From contig NC_092672.1 of the NCBI RefSeq assembly GCF_964355755.1, forward strand, positions 11,904,001-11,968,000: a DNA stretch of 64,000 bases. Reading direction: 5' to 3'. Numbering within the stretch: position 1 is the first letter of the stretch; every line of letters starts with the position of its first letter. Made by a program: the position numbers and the translations under genes. Of this stretch, positions 51,887 through 64,000 are shown piece after piece. Source of the stretch: Antedon mediterranea (lineage: Eukaryota; Animalia; Echinodermata). Under the pieces are notes generated by a model, which did not search any database, was not told the DNA's origin, and was given only the letters and a program-made list of their open reading frames with translations.

Positions 51887-54800
51887 TTAATGTTTTGCTG
51901 CATCACTAATTTCAGATCTTTTCAATCTACCACCTACTCGCATCAAACCGTTCATTACAATTGGATCTAGCTTTATGAGAGAGCTACCCTTCTTGACTTG
52001 TTGATTGGTTTGGAGATGGTTAACTTCTGAGTGAAGTGCTTGATTTTGTATGTATCTGAAAATTACTGTCTCAGCGTTTTTCCACTCATCAACGGATATG
52101 AAACTGTTAATGTTGGTACCTTTGTTCTTTACTCTGCGTCGCCATCGTAGTATCCAAGCAAAAACCTTTATCAACTTGGTCCAACTTGAAAAGCGGTTGA
52201 TGAGGTCATTTATTCTGTCGTCATCTAATTTAACGGTTACAGCGTTTACAGTTTTTACTTCTGGATCTTCTACGATAGTATTAAAGTCGGTAGGCATTTG
52301 AGGCCATTCACTTTCATCTTCCATCAAGAAACTGGGACCAGTGAACCACATTTCACTTGTTATCATATCCTCTGCAGACATTCCGCGTGAGGCTAGATCG
52401 GCTGGATTTTGAGCGGAACTGACGTGTCGCCACTGTTCCTTAGTTGTTTGGTTAAGAATTGTTGTCACTCTATTCCCAACAAATGTCTTGAATCTCGTTT
52501 CTTCATTGTTCAAATATCTCAACACGCATGTGCTGTCTGTCCAACAAACTGTTCTATCGATTTTTATTTCATGCAGCTCTTCTCGAATGATTCTGTCAAG
52601 GCGACTTGCCAGGACAGCTGCTTGTAGTTCCAATCTAGGAATTGTCTGGGTCTTGACCGGAGCAAGTCTTGACTTCGCAGTCACAAGGGTCCCGCATACG
52701 TTTCCACACTCGTCCTTCTGGTAAAGGTAGGATGCAGCTCCATAGCTCGTGGATGATGCATCTCCAAAATGATGTAACTCTCTATACGTGACGTTGCCGA
52801 ACTCTGACGGTTTGTAGCAACGTCGAATGTTCAACTTATCGAGACTCTGAAGTTCCTTTAACCATTCATGCCATTTAATCTGTAGTTCTACTGGAATAGG
52901 TTCGTCCCATTTGCATCCAATCAAACACAGTTCTCGGAGTAGCAGCTTTGCCTTTAATATGAATGGTGTTATTAGTCCTAGAGGGTCGTAGACGGATGCT
53001 ACTACAGACAAAATTCCCCTTCTTGTGCTGGGTTGCTTCTTTGGAGAAATAACGTAACCAAGTGCATCTTGTTTTACAAACCAGTGTACTCCCAGTGCTC
53101 TTTGTTGTTCCCCTCCAAACAATGATGTTGAAGCATTCTGTCCACTGTCTGTGAGCGTGGATACAAGTTGGTTGGAGTTTGAGACCCACTTGGTCAAGTT
53201 GAAACCTCCACGAGTCAGCAAATTCTTTAATCCCTTGGCAAGCTCAATGGCTGTCTCTTCGCTGTCTACGGATTTGAGACAGTCGTCTACGTAAAAGTTG
53301 TTGTTGACTGCGTTAGTTACAACAGGATCGAAATCATCCGCATGGTCTTTGGCAACCTTCCGGAGAGCAAAATTGGAACAACTAGGTGAAGACTTTCCTC
53401 CGAAAAGATGTACAACCATCTGGTACTCTTGTGGGTTCATATTCAGATTGCCGTCTTCCCACCATAAGTATGATAGGTAGTGACTATCAGTCTCTCCAAC
53501 CTTTACTTGGTAGAACATCTTTTCGATGTCCGCTGCAAAGGCGATGGGTCCCAGACGAAAGCGCAGTAGTACGCCGACTAATGTGTTTGTAAGATCAGGA
53601 CCTTGGTAAAGTTTATCATTTAAGCAAACACCTTGATACTTAGCTGACCCATCGAACACTACTCGAACCTTTCCTGGCTTTTGTGGGTTCAACACCGGAT
53701 GGTGCGGCAAATACCATCTAGGTTGGTCTTTCTGCAACGCCTTTTCTGCGTAGCCCTTTAACAACAGGTCGTTCATAAATTTTGTGTACTTCGTGTGAAG
53801 TGTACTGTCCTTGATCAGCCTAGATTTTAGAAGATTGAGTCTTTTCAGCGCCACAGCCTTGTTGTTTGGAAATTCCTCAGGTGGGCTTTTCCATGGCATC
53901 GATACTTGGTAATGGCCGTTTTTGAATTTAGTCGATGCTTGCATCATCTGTAGTGCTTGAAGGTCGTTCCGAGACATAACTGTCTTCTCAGTTGGGATAT
54001 CATTGAACTCAATGTTACAAAATTGCTTAAACTGCTCTTCCAGTGGTTCTGCACAGATAAAATTGCAGTTTTGAACTTGGCATCTAGTTGAAGTCAACGG
54101 ACCATTCACAACCCAACCAAGAGCTGTTCGTGTGGCGTATGGCCCACCATTCATAGCTGGTTTCACTTCATATGGTTGGTGTAGTTCTGGTAGGTCTCCC
54201 CCAATCAGCAAATCAACATTTGCATCAATGGTATCTATGTTTACCCCTTCCAGGTGCACCCAATTCTTAATATCATCTATCGTGGCAATTGCACTTTTTA
54301 AGACTGGCAATTTTGGTTTTGTGTGAACGTTTGGTACTGTAAAGACTGCATCACCATTCAGGGTTGAAATTTCTAATGAGATGAGGTTGCATTCCGATGA
54401 TGATTGACCGTTTACTGTGGTTAATTTTAACTGGACTCTCTTGCCTTTCGCATTTAATTTGTGAGCTAGGGCGTCTGTGCAGAAGGTTGCAGTTGATCCA
54501 TTGTCCAGAAATGCGTACGTTTTGATTGTCTTTCTGGTTCCTGGGCACCTTACTTTGACAGGTACTACAGCTAGACCTACTCGTGTCGCATTTCCGTTAA
54601 CTGCCATTGATGACTTTGAATTATTGAGTTGAGTGGTGATTGCACTACTACTTTGATCTGGAGTTGGAACTGCTGCTGCATGTGCAGTCGCATTAGCATC
54701 AGCTCTAACAGGTCGTTTTGGAGTATGAAGGAAGCCCGAATGTTTCAGGGTACAATTTTTGCAAAAACTGTTCTTCGGGCACAAAGAAACAAAATGTCCA

Positions 54801-56305
54801 TGCGTTAAACAGTTCCGACAGAGTTTCTTTTCATTGACAAACTTAAGTCTATCCTCAACAGACTTTGACCTGAAATCCTTACATTGTGACAACCAGTGTT
54901 GCTCATTGCACATCAGGCACTTGATACCATTTCTTGTGGTTGTGGTTGTTGTGGTCGATGCGGTGAAGGACTTTTTAACTTCTGATGTGTTGATCAGAGT
55001 AATGAAGCTTGGGTCATTTCGCATTTTGGCTTCCGACCGTATGAAATCACAAAAGAATCGAAAAGGTGGAAAAGACACTTGATGAGTCGCCTTGTAATTA
55101 GATCCCTTCTTGACCCAACTTTCTCTTAGATTGGGTGGCAACTTTTGTATAATGTGACTTATACCTTGAGACGAATCCAGACTCGCAAGACCTGGATATT
55201 TCCCTGTCTCCTTTACGTGGAGAACCTCCAACAGTAAATGACTTAATTGACGCAGCTTTTCCACGTCCTTCAGATTAAACCTTGAGAATTCCTGTAGTCG
55301 CTTAGTAATGCTTAGCTCAACTGCCTCTGGGGCACCATAAGTTTCATCGAGTAAAGTCCAAATGTGTCGTAAGGCTTCACTAGGGTTTTCTATATAAACT
55401 GCATGTAGAGGAGCAACTAGTGCTCTTGATTTATCGCCAAGCCATTTCATTACAACATTTACCTCTTGGTTCACCGGAACATTCAACTCTTTGATTGTAT
55501 TGGAAAGTGTGATTTTCCAAGCACGGTATGAGGCTGGAGTATCATCGAACTGCCGGAGACTGGTACTTAATAATTCCTTTCGAAATAGTACATTACCAAT
55601 TTCTGTCATAACTATTTGAGTTTGGTCGGGCTGCTTGGTTGGTACTTCATCTCTGTATAGCAGTGGAGGTGCAATCAGTTCGAATTCTGGTGCTTGATCG
55701 AGGTTTGGTAGAGGTGAAGTGAATTTCATTAGTGGTGGTGGTGAAGCTGGCTTGTAATCAGATACTTGATTCAACAATGTTGGTGGTAATTGGTCAAGGT
55801 TTGGTAGAGGTGGAGCAAATTTCATCAGTGGTGGTGGTGAAGCTGGCTTGTAATCTTTAATTTGGGTAAATAATGGTGGTGGTGGTATTGGCTTGTATTC
55901 AGGTACTTGGTTCAACAATGGTGATGGTAATTGTTCAGGGTCAAGGTGTGATGAAGATTGAATTGGTTCAAGAGATTCAATACTAGACTCTTTGCTCATC
56001 ACATCGCTGACATCATCGCACACGCTGTAGGTGTCGAAATCATAATCATCATCTTCAGATGATTGCAAATAGGAGTCTGCTCTTGCCTGACAAACTGCCT
56101 CATCTTCTTCTGCATTTAACAGTTGAACGTCTGCCTCAGCTATAGCTTTGATTCTTAATAGAGAAACTTTCTTCTTAGCAAATTCAACACGTGCCTTTGC
56201 CATGGCCAAATCAGCTCTCGCACGAGCATGGCTTATGCTCACATGACTACCACTCCTGCTCACTGACGATCCCGCTTGTGACATCGTATTCTTGCAAGTT
56301 TCCAC
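51887..56305 (-). CDS. BEL/Pao Gag-Pol (triple CCHC-type knuckles, protease FLDNGS, RT YVDD, RNase H FGDAS)
   Basis: 1472-aa ORF; first ATG is at about 56284; ends at a frameshift. Confidence 0.93.
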   Translation of the reverse strand: METCKNTMSQAGSSVSRSGSHVSISHARARADLAMAKARVEFAKKKVSLLRIKAIAEADVQLLNAEEDEAVCQARADSYLQSSEDDDYDFDTYSVCDDVSDVMSKESSIESLEPIQSSSHLDPEQLPSPLLNQVPEYKPIPPPPLFTQIKDYKPASPPPLMKFAPPLPNLDQLPPTLLNQVSDYKPASPPPLMKFTSPLPNLDQAPEFELIAPPLLYRDEVPTKQPDQTQIVMTEIGNVLFRKELLSTSLRQFDDTPASYRAWKITLSNTIKELNVPVNQEVNVVMKWLGDKSRALVAPLHAVYIENPSEALRHIWTLLDETYGAPEAVELSITKRLQEFSRFNLKDVEKLRQLSHLLLEVLHVKETGKYPGLASLDSSQGISHIIQKLPPNLRESWVKKGSNYKATHQVSFPPFRFFCDFIRSEAKMRNDPSFITLINTSEVKKSFTASTTTTTTTRNGIKCLMCNEQHWLSQCKDFRSKSVEDRLKFVNEKKLCRNCLTHGHFVSLCPKNSFCKNCTLKHSGFLHTPKRPVRADANATAHAAAVPTPDQSSSAITTQLNNSKSSMAVNGNATRVGLAVVPVKVRCPGTRKTIKTYAFLDNGSTATFCTDALAHKLNAKGKRVQLKLTTVNGQSSSECNLISLEISTLNGDAVFTVPNVHTKPKLPVLKSAIATIDDIKNWVHLEGVNIDTIDANVDLLIGGDLPELHQPYEVKPAMNGGPYATRTALGWVVNGPLTSTRCQVQNCNFICAEPLEEQFKQFCNIEFNDIPTEKTVMSRNDLQALQMMQASTKFKNGHYQVSMPWKSPPEEFPNNKAVALKRLNLLKSRLIKDSTLHTKYTKFMNDLLLKGYAEKALQKDQPRWYLPHHPVLNPQKPGKVRVVFDGSAKYQGVCLNDKLYQGPDLTNTLVGVLLRFRLGPIAFAADIEKMFYQVKVGETDSHYLSYLWWEDGNLNMNPQEYQMVVHLFGGKSSPSCSNFALRKVAKDHADDFDPVVTNAVNNNFYVDDCLKSVDSEETAIELAKGLKNLLTRGGFNLTKWVSNSNQLVSTLTDSGQNASTSLFGGEQQRALGVHWFVKQDALGYVISPKKQPSTRRGILSVVASVYDPLGLITPFILKAKLLLRELCLIGCKWDEPIPVELQIKWHEWLKELQSLDKLNIRRCYKPSEFGNVTYRELHHFGDASSTSYGAASYLYQKDECGNVCGTLVTAKSRLAPVKTQTIPRLELQAAVLASRLDRIIREELHEIKIDRTVCWTDSTCVLRYLNNEETRFKTFVGNRVTTILNQTTKEQWRHVSSAQNPADLASRGMSAEDMITSEMWFTGPSFLMEDESEWPQMPTDFNTIVEDPEVKTVNAVTVKLDDDRINDLINRFSSWTKLIKVFAWILRWRRRVKNKGTNINSFISVDEWKNAETVIFRYIQNQALHSEVNHLQTNQQVKKGSSLIKLDPIVMNGLMRVGGRLKRSEISDAAKH

Positions 56306-56328
56306 TCACAAAGATTTAAAACTTAAAA

Positions 56329-57145
56329 TGTGACCTCCAGTCACGTGTAAAAGGCAAATAACAGAAACTTGTAACGCGTTATTGTGTCAAACGGTTTTAA
56401 CTGAAATTTAATAGAAAAAATAAACAAGAATTAACATCAAAATACTAATTAAGCACTGTATTGTACATACTGATGATTTCTATAGTCGATTCCTTTATAT
56501 AACATATAAACAATCTTATTGGCCTATTCTGCAGCTGCGCACTACTTGTGATCAGTCAAGCGTAACGAACATAATTCTGCACGCCGTGATAACTCACATG
56601 GTCTATCCATGAAGAATTCTATGAAATATAAGTTTCCAATTACATAGCTAAACTAACTACACATGAACTACTAAAATGTTGATCACATAAACTACAATAT
56701 CGTGGGTAAATCTACCACAGAATACGATGAATGTCAATCATAATATATAAAGTTATAATATAATTAAAAGCTTCCAACTAATCTATATAGTCGGGCGAAC
56801 AGCGCTAATCGCATCTTTTAGGCTAGCATAATGCTGTACACAATGGATGGTAACAATCAAGGATGATCGAAACTTAAACTTACAAAATAAAGAAAACTAT
56901 AAAGTTACAAATACTAAATCTTACGTCATATGATTCCTAAGTTATTAATTAAATGTATGATAATAATTAAAAGCATATAAAAACATACATCTATCTGTGA
57001 CTATGCCTTTTGGAATGAAACATGGTGAAGATGACTGCTCTCTTTCGGAGAAAACAACACAGTAACCTCGGTAACATGAGAAGCAAGAAAGGTAATTTAA
57101 ATATAAAGTATGGGACGCCAAATGCGTCGTACTCAAGCTGTAACA
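56329..57145 (-). repeat. 5' LTR of the BEL element
   Basis: Direct repeat of 49821-50637. Confidence 0.95.
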
Positions 57146-57942
57146 GTACTGCCTTAGTTCTATCATCCCCATCTGAATATAGGGTACAATATCTCATCTG
57201 AGCTATACTTTGGTACCAGAATATAATTACCAATTTTCCCGCAAGAAATAAAACAAATTTAATTGAATAAAGTTGATGTATATCAGTACATTCATCTATT
57301 TGCAAATTAGAGTCATTAAAATGATCATAAACAAAAATAGATTAAAGCCATTATAAAGGGAAACTTGTTTAACAGTTTCTTTTAAAATGTATAAGCTAAT
57401 AAGAAAATCTCAGTTTCCAACGTATGATGAGGTTGGAATCCACTATCTAACATTTAAACATATTCACTGACCAAACTCAATTTTACAGAAAATAACTTTA
57501 AAATAATAGTTTTGTTTAGGTTCAGTATATATATATTTATATTAAACCGATGGCAACCATAAAATCGGTATATGAGAGAAATATGGGTTATTCTGTAAAT
57601 TTACACGATTAGATGGTTACCTAAAAACAGTATATTTTTACATTTAAATTTGTCCTGTCCTAGTCATTGCTCAGAACTTGTATCATCTTTACTGTTTTCG
57701 GTCACAGATACATCTTCAAAAAGGTTGTCTGAATGCCTAAACCAGTCAGACATATAAGCGAATTAGAAAGCTGTATTTTACAGTATTGAAACCGTATACA
57801 TAGTAGAAACTCACAGCCGTCACTGCATTATAGTAAATGTATATGTACTATTCATTATGTATTCATGTGTGCGAAATCCTAAAATTGGTAGCCGGTGGCA
57901 TATGCAATACTGTATCTAAGGTAGGCTCCATTGGTCCAGGGG

Positions 57943-58426
57943 GCGATTTTTTTTTCGTACATAAGTTGGGGACCCCATGTGAAAGATAGCCGAACGACTT
58001 CCTAAATATAACTAAACCTAACCCTATAAATAATCTCTCTCACTATGTAATCATTTATTTATTTGGAATTACACCTTTAGATCGGTGGCACACTTAGCAC
58101 AAATGTGCATCCTTCACAATAACAATATAAAATATAACAATTAACAGAAGAGTAAAAAGGCAAAAGTAACTATCAACCCCTATACTATAAAGTAAAGCAA
58201 ACAGCTCATGGGAGTCGAACCCCATACATCGGCATGTAAAGTCCATAGTGTTATCCACTCGACTACACAGAAGGTTCGACAGAAATCGTTTGCATTAGCG
58301 AATTGTAGTTATCTTAATTCTTACGTCACACCTTATAGATATGACTAATGAATATTCATGTTTATTTTGTGACGTTTCACGAGGGGTCCCCCCCCCCCCC
58401 AACTTATGTACGAAAAGAAATATCGC
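57943..58426. mobile_element. MITE with an internal tRNA-like segment
   Basis: Inverted repeats ttttcgtacataagttggggg / cccccaacttatgtacgaaaa; gggagtcgaaccc B-box-like segment at about 58210. Confidence 0.6.
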
Positions 58427-59596
58427 GTCCGGGGGTTTGTAATCAAAATTAAGCGGGTCCTTTGGTATTCCAATGTGCTAGATCATAATGGTTTCTGATG
58501 CTATCTACAATAGAATAGCTTAGTTGGGAGAAAGGGGGTCTCTATAGTCAAATTATAGAGCGTCTGGTACTTGCGGTGCCGTGGACAATTAGTCTGTTGT
58601 TACCCATTTAGTACTGTATGAACTCAACTTATTTATTTTACATTAATTGTGAGTGGTATCTTACTCATATATACTGCCCATTCTTTAGGTCCTCATTAGG
58701 GGATCTGGCGGGCTTATTGCAAGAGATAAAATAAATGTCGTTTGTGAATTTGGTAGGAGAATGTCATAGTATATAGTGATGAATTTACAGTAGGTGGTAT
58801 CCCACGTCTATACGCAGCAGGGGATACCCGACAGGGCATAGGGAAATATGTAATAAAAAAAAAATACATATACAAACAAAAAAGTTAATTGTCTACAATT
58901 TATTTGACAAATTTGCACATAGCAAGATACGATACCTACCCAACCATGTAGCATAGCATTAGCAATAAAATAAATTTAGCGATTCAATATTTAATAACAA
59001 TAGCAATTTTAGGCTATGGATACGAAACTGCATTATGAAATATTTAGATTATTTTTTATACCAAACTAATAATATTTGGAAATTTGATTTCGTATTATTT
59101 ACATAATAAGTAGTGTTTACTTATTTACTACATAAAAAACTTGGTCGGAGATTTTTGACGGTTTTCCCCCTCTAAATCTCATTTCTTTATGTCTCAAGTT
59201 ATTCTGCATTTGAACCATTTTATTGGATTGTCATAATCTTTTTCCATTGTATTTATTTTATTTACTTTTATTATTTATGTTTTATTTGTTTTTGTAATTA
59301 GCTATCGTTCTAAACGGTAGTATCCTAAATTTATGCATAAATAAATCAAGAGGATTCATACACATTTATTTCTGTTATATTTTTGGATCTTATGAATGAA
59401 AAGACTGATAAGACAAGAGCACGGTCAGTGCCAAACACTAGTATTATATGCGGACGGTGGTGGTATTATTATTCACGAAAAGCGTGGCACAAGCTTCGAC
59501 ATGATAGCAAACTTAATTGTTGTATTGTATAAACTTGGATGTTAGAATATGTTCCATTGTTTCCAACTGATCGAAACGTGTATTTATTAATAAACC

Positions 59597-62500
59597 CATC
59601 AATCAATCAATCAATCGTTCGATTTATATAGCGCCATTCCAACATTCATTGCTCATGGCGCTGTAAAAAATCAGAAAAGGTGAGTTTTGAGTAGTGACTT
59701 AAAGTGACTCAATAATGATGTATGTTTAATGTTCAAGGGTAGGTGGTTCCAGAGCCTAGGTCCAGCAACACTGAAAGGCCGATCTCCCCAACTATGTTTG
59801 CTCATTGGAATGCCCAGTAGCACCTGATGACTAGATCTTAGTTCTCGCTTTCCCTTCTTGACTGTCAACAATTCTGAGAGATATTTTGGAGCGCAACTAT
59901 TTAGGCATCGGAACACCAGCAGCAGGATCTTAAATTTAACACGTGACTCCATGGGTAGCCAATTTAACTCTTTGAACAATGGTGTGACGTGATCATACTT
60001 CTTGGCACACATCACCAAGCGAGCTGCCCAATTTTGCACCTTCTGGAGAGTCCGCAACTGCTTCTTTGGCAGACCATACAGCAGGGAATTTCTCATATCA
60101 AGCCGACTGGTAACAAAAGCATGTACAATCTGCTCTGTTGCACAATGGTTCAAGTAACGTCTGATCTTGGCGATGTTACATAAATGGAAAATAGCAGATC
60201 GGCAGATTTTGTTGATATGTGATTCCATGGTCATTTTACAATCAAGTTGTACACCAAGGTTACGAACTTCTGATAATAGATTGACTAGTACGCCACCAAT
60301 ATGTAGGCCATCAAACCGGATCTTTTTTCTCTGCTGAAAAGAACCAAATAGGATCACCTCGGTCTTTTTATCATTTAGCTTGAGGAAGTTGGAGCCCATC
60401 CATTTTCTAATCTCAGCAGTGCATACTTCTAACCGTTTTACGGCGGACAGAAACTTGGTCTGGCAAGGCTTGACAGAAACGTAGATTTGTCATCTGCATA
60501 GAAATGATGACATAATCCGTGTCTTCGTATTATTTCAGCAACTGGGGCAACATAGATGGAAAACAGCTGTGGTCCAAGCACCGACCCTTGTGGGAGGCCA
60601 CATAATAGAGGAAGGTCATCTGATGAAACATCACCAATGCAGACGGCCTGGGTTCTGTTCCTTAGATATGATGTGAACAAAGACAATGCTTGATCTCTTA
60701 CCCCAATATCATGTGACAATCTATGAAGAAGCAGTGAGTGATCTACTGTGTCAAAAGCAGCCGATAAGTCTAGTAAAACTAGAATAACAAGTTCTTGATT
60801 ATCTATTGATGTCAAAACGTCATTCTGAACACGTAGAAGCGCTGTCTCCACACTGTGGTTAGCTTTGTATGCTGATTGGTAAGTTTCATGGAGGTTGTGA
60901 TTTGACATATGCTTAGAGAGTCTAACTGCAACAACGCGCTCAATAAGCTTCGAAACAAAGGATAAATTTGACACCGGTCTATAATTTTTAAGAACTTCTG
61001 GGTTGAGGCCAGTCTTCTTCAGCAAAGGCCGTACATGCGATTTCTTTAAATTCTGCGGTACTGTGGATGTGATAAGTGAAAGATTAACTAATTTCATTAG
61101 CACTGGAACTATTACAGGAGCACAATCCCTTAAAAGCCAAGTTGGAATAGGATCTAGCTCACAAGACTTTATCGGGGATGCCTTGATCAATTTCTCGATC
61201 TCCTCATCTGTGGTTGGTTCAAGAATAGACCGTTGACAGCTTAAAGGAGCCCTTGTACTAAATGTATGCGCATCTTGGAGAACAGATTGAGGAAATCCTG
61301 ATCGAATTTTAGTGATTTTTTCATTAAAAAACTCTGAAAAACGTTCAGCAAGAATACTGATTGATTTACAGGTAGGTAAGGGTGTCTTATTTCCTCTATG
61401 CAGTAACGTGTTTACAATTTTGAATAATTGCTTCTGGTCGCCTACAGCATTATTTACTAGAGCTGAGTGATATTCCAACTTTGCAGTATGAATATGTGAT
61501 GATACACATTGGCGTTGATGTGTGTAAGCATGCCAATCAGTTTCGAGACCTCTCTTACGCCATTTCCTCTCCAGCTGCCTTCTTACTTTTTTCTGTTTTC
61601 GTATTTCATCAGTATACCATGGAGTTTGCGGTCGAATAGTCACCAGACGTGACTTAGTTGGAGCAAGTTTATCTATGATTGAACGCAATGTAGAGTTGTA
61701 AATACATATAGCATCATCAATGTCACATGGAAGAGATACAGTCAGTGTTAGTGGTAGTAACTCGCTGACAACAGAGTCAGCACAGAGATTCTTGTAGTTA
61801 CGACTAGAAACTATTTTCTGAGTTGGCGGCGGTTTATTTAACTGTAACTTACAATGTACGGCTGAGTGGTCAGATATACGTGGGATGCCCACATTGACAT
61901 CAGTTAGAAAAGTGCCAGTTGATTTGGTAATAAGCAGGTCAAGAGTATGACCTGCCTCATGGGTTGGTTGCTTAACATGTTGATTAAGATCATAAACTTT
62001 AAGAAGGCTCATAAACTGCATAACCTCCCTATTCTCGGATTTGTCAAGGTGAAAGTTGAAATCCCCGGCAATGAGCAAGTCGGAATGTACTAATGCAATG
62101 GTATCAAGCATGTTAGAGAACTCATTGAAGAAATGTGAGACGGTGAAACCATTTTTCTTGCTAGGAGGAGGACGATAGATAACTATAATTTGCAGTGTTC
62201 GAATTCCGTTACTAAATTGAATTCCCAACGATTCAAAAGTACTACAGTCAGGTAAGTCCAGAGAGCGTGTTTTTAGACCAGCTTTGTACATGAAGGCGAC
62301 TCCCCCATGACGACCATGTTCTAGGAACATGGTTAAACATGTAACCATCTGGAGTTATGCAGCCAGCAGAAATTGAGTCATCATCACGCAACCATGTCTC
62401 AGTTAGCGCAAAAATGTCCAAATCGTTATCTATAATGTGCTCAAATATTGAAGTGGATTTTCCGGTTTGATTCGGATCACAAATTGATCTTGCATTAAGT

Positions 62501-63075
62501 AAGCAAAAAGAAATTCTGGTTTGTGCACTGCTTGGATTTGGGATGTATTCTTGAAAAAACGATATATTTTGCTTTCTCCGCTTTGATGCGCCGCCACGGC
62601 ATCTCCGTCTCGTTCGTTTTTTATTGTTAAGTCCAAGCCTACATATGTAACTCCAAGTAGATGAATCCAATCGGATAGATTTCAAACAGCAGCTAGATAT
62701 GCTGTATAAAACTTTTGATGTGTAGTTGTACATTGAACCAAATAAATAAATAAATGATGAAGAGTACACATTCCTAGCTAGGCTAAAGAATGTCAGCACA
62801 TATCAGCACAAACAACAACAAAGCAGATAGGCACACAACAGCCTACACAGCCTATGCTACAGAACAATAACAGCTAAGACAATGGTAGCTTAGGTAAGCT
62901 AAAAACAGCCTAACACACAGTTCAGGTACAAAATCTCTGATTAATTATTATACTGTTCATGTAAGTCACTAAGATGATACAATATATAAATAACTTTATA
63001 TACTGGTGAAATAAGTGTAATAAGCGTATAAATGCGATCAACACTGTGCTGCCAGAAGCGCTCAGTGTGGCATTC
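59597..63075 (-). mobile_element. Near full-length CR1/L2-group LINE (APE + RT, no evident ORF1), with two frameshifts
   Basis: LLNARS/LTETWL, YRPP, GDFN, SDH endonuclease motifs; LLDLSAAFDTV, PQGSVLGP, YADD RT motifs; 3' stem-loop and (GATT)n tail; 5' end approximate. Confidence 0.9.
59671..62799 (-). pseudogene. LINE ORF2 broken into three ORFs (62248-62799, 60438-62348, 59671-60399)
   Basis: Frameshifts near 62320 and immediately after YADD (about 60488). Confidence 0.85.
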
Positions 63076-64000
63076 AATGATCGGTTATTTGATAAAAATG
63101 TTATATTTGTGAAAGTACCTTCTCGAATTCATTAAGTGTCAAGACAAGAAATCGGTTAGAACCATGTTGCAATAAGTAGAATTCGTTTCTTCTTCGACTT
63201 AATTTAATTCAATATTTGGATTCAATTCTCTCGATATGTCATTCCCGGAGTGACAATTCTATTTTACTACATATCAACATCGTGCCTGTATCTGCCATTC
63301 CATGTTGACGATATGTATCTAGCTTACAACATTTATTTTCATAGTTGTGAGTACATCTGTGGGCACTTATAAAAGTTATTTTTAATTTCGTAAACATTTC
63401 AAAACATTTAGGGCAGCCTAAGAATTGGGCGATTATGTAATATACCCCAGTTTTTAATATGTTGCTAATCTATAGTAGATAATAATATGTTATGTTAACT
63501 GTTTATTGTAATTCATCATTATATTTTCAAAACAGTAATTATAAATCACAAATTTAAAATTGTCGGTAACTAAATTATATAACATATCATTTACAATCAA
63601 TTGTATTTGTTTTTAGAAACAATTTAAACATTATAATTTAACTCTAAACTATAACGAATATCCTGTGAGATAATTTAAAGTTCATCTACTGTAAAATTAA
63701 ATATATTGTGATTTATTTATCATTATAAAATTGTTTATAAAATATATTGATTTAGTGTTTTGAGAAATGTTTTCGTCTAACAAATCTGTAAAAATTACAC
63801 GGTCCGCTAAGAGACATTTAAGGCTTACCAATCTATAATAGAAAATTTAATTTTTGTTTTACTGTCCGTTATCTGTTTATGAGAAGTTTCACCAATTAGG
63901 CCTACTTGTCTACTAAGTAATACATTGTTTTGCTCTATATTGAATTTAGTAGGCCTATAACATTATGTTCAAAACAGGTGGAATTTCACTTTTTATATAT

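Larger units (their letters stand above)
49821..57145 (-). mobile_element. Full-length BEL/Pao LTR retrotransposon
   Basis: Two 817-bp TG..CA LTRs (49821-50637, 56329-57145) that look identical by eye, 5-bp TSD GTACT, PPT-like ggggccggtg, gag-PR-RT-RH-IN order. Confidence 0.97.

Noticed and set aside
52050-55082. Plus-strand ORFs overlapping the BEL pol (similarly over the LINE and the DED exon)
   Set aside because: Antisense shadows of real coding sequence
58200-58270. tRNA-like sequences (also about 25830-25900 and 29540-29580)
   Set aside because: No complete cloverleaf; embedded in repeats, so treated as SINE-derived

Overview
AT-rich, intron-rich animal genomic DNA. A marine invertebrate, possibly an echinoderm or other deuterostome, is inferred from a Deu-domain SINE and the transposon complement. 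The ORF track hides the main feature: a minus-strand gene of 25 coding exons (42376 to 11488) that I could splice by hand, with GT-AG introns and consistent phases, into one uninterrupted ORF of about 1270 aa. Its architecture is N-terminal ankyrin repeats, Roc GTPase, COR, then two C-terminal death effector domains (DEDs), i.e. a kinase-less ROCO protein resembling an intracellular sensor-switch-effector receptor. Its five internal ankyrin repeats are each encoded by one symmetric phase-0 exon carried in duplicated exon+intron cassettes. Amino-acid changes concentrate at predicted ligand-binding positions. Truncated and exon-less cassettes sit between the intact ones, and two same-family Helitrons bracket the array. 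The rest is transposon-rich: an Academ-type element, a P-like element with nested inserts, a young near-intact BEL/Pao LTR retrotransposon, a CR1/L2-group LINE, a Kolobok-like element, Helitron/Helentron-like elements, SINEs and MITEs. No gene could be supported in 1-11.4 kb.
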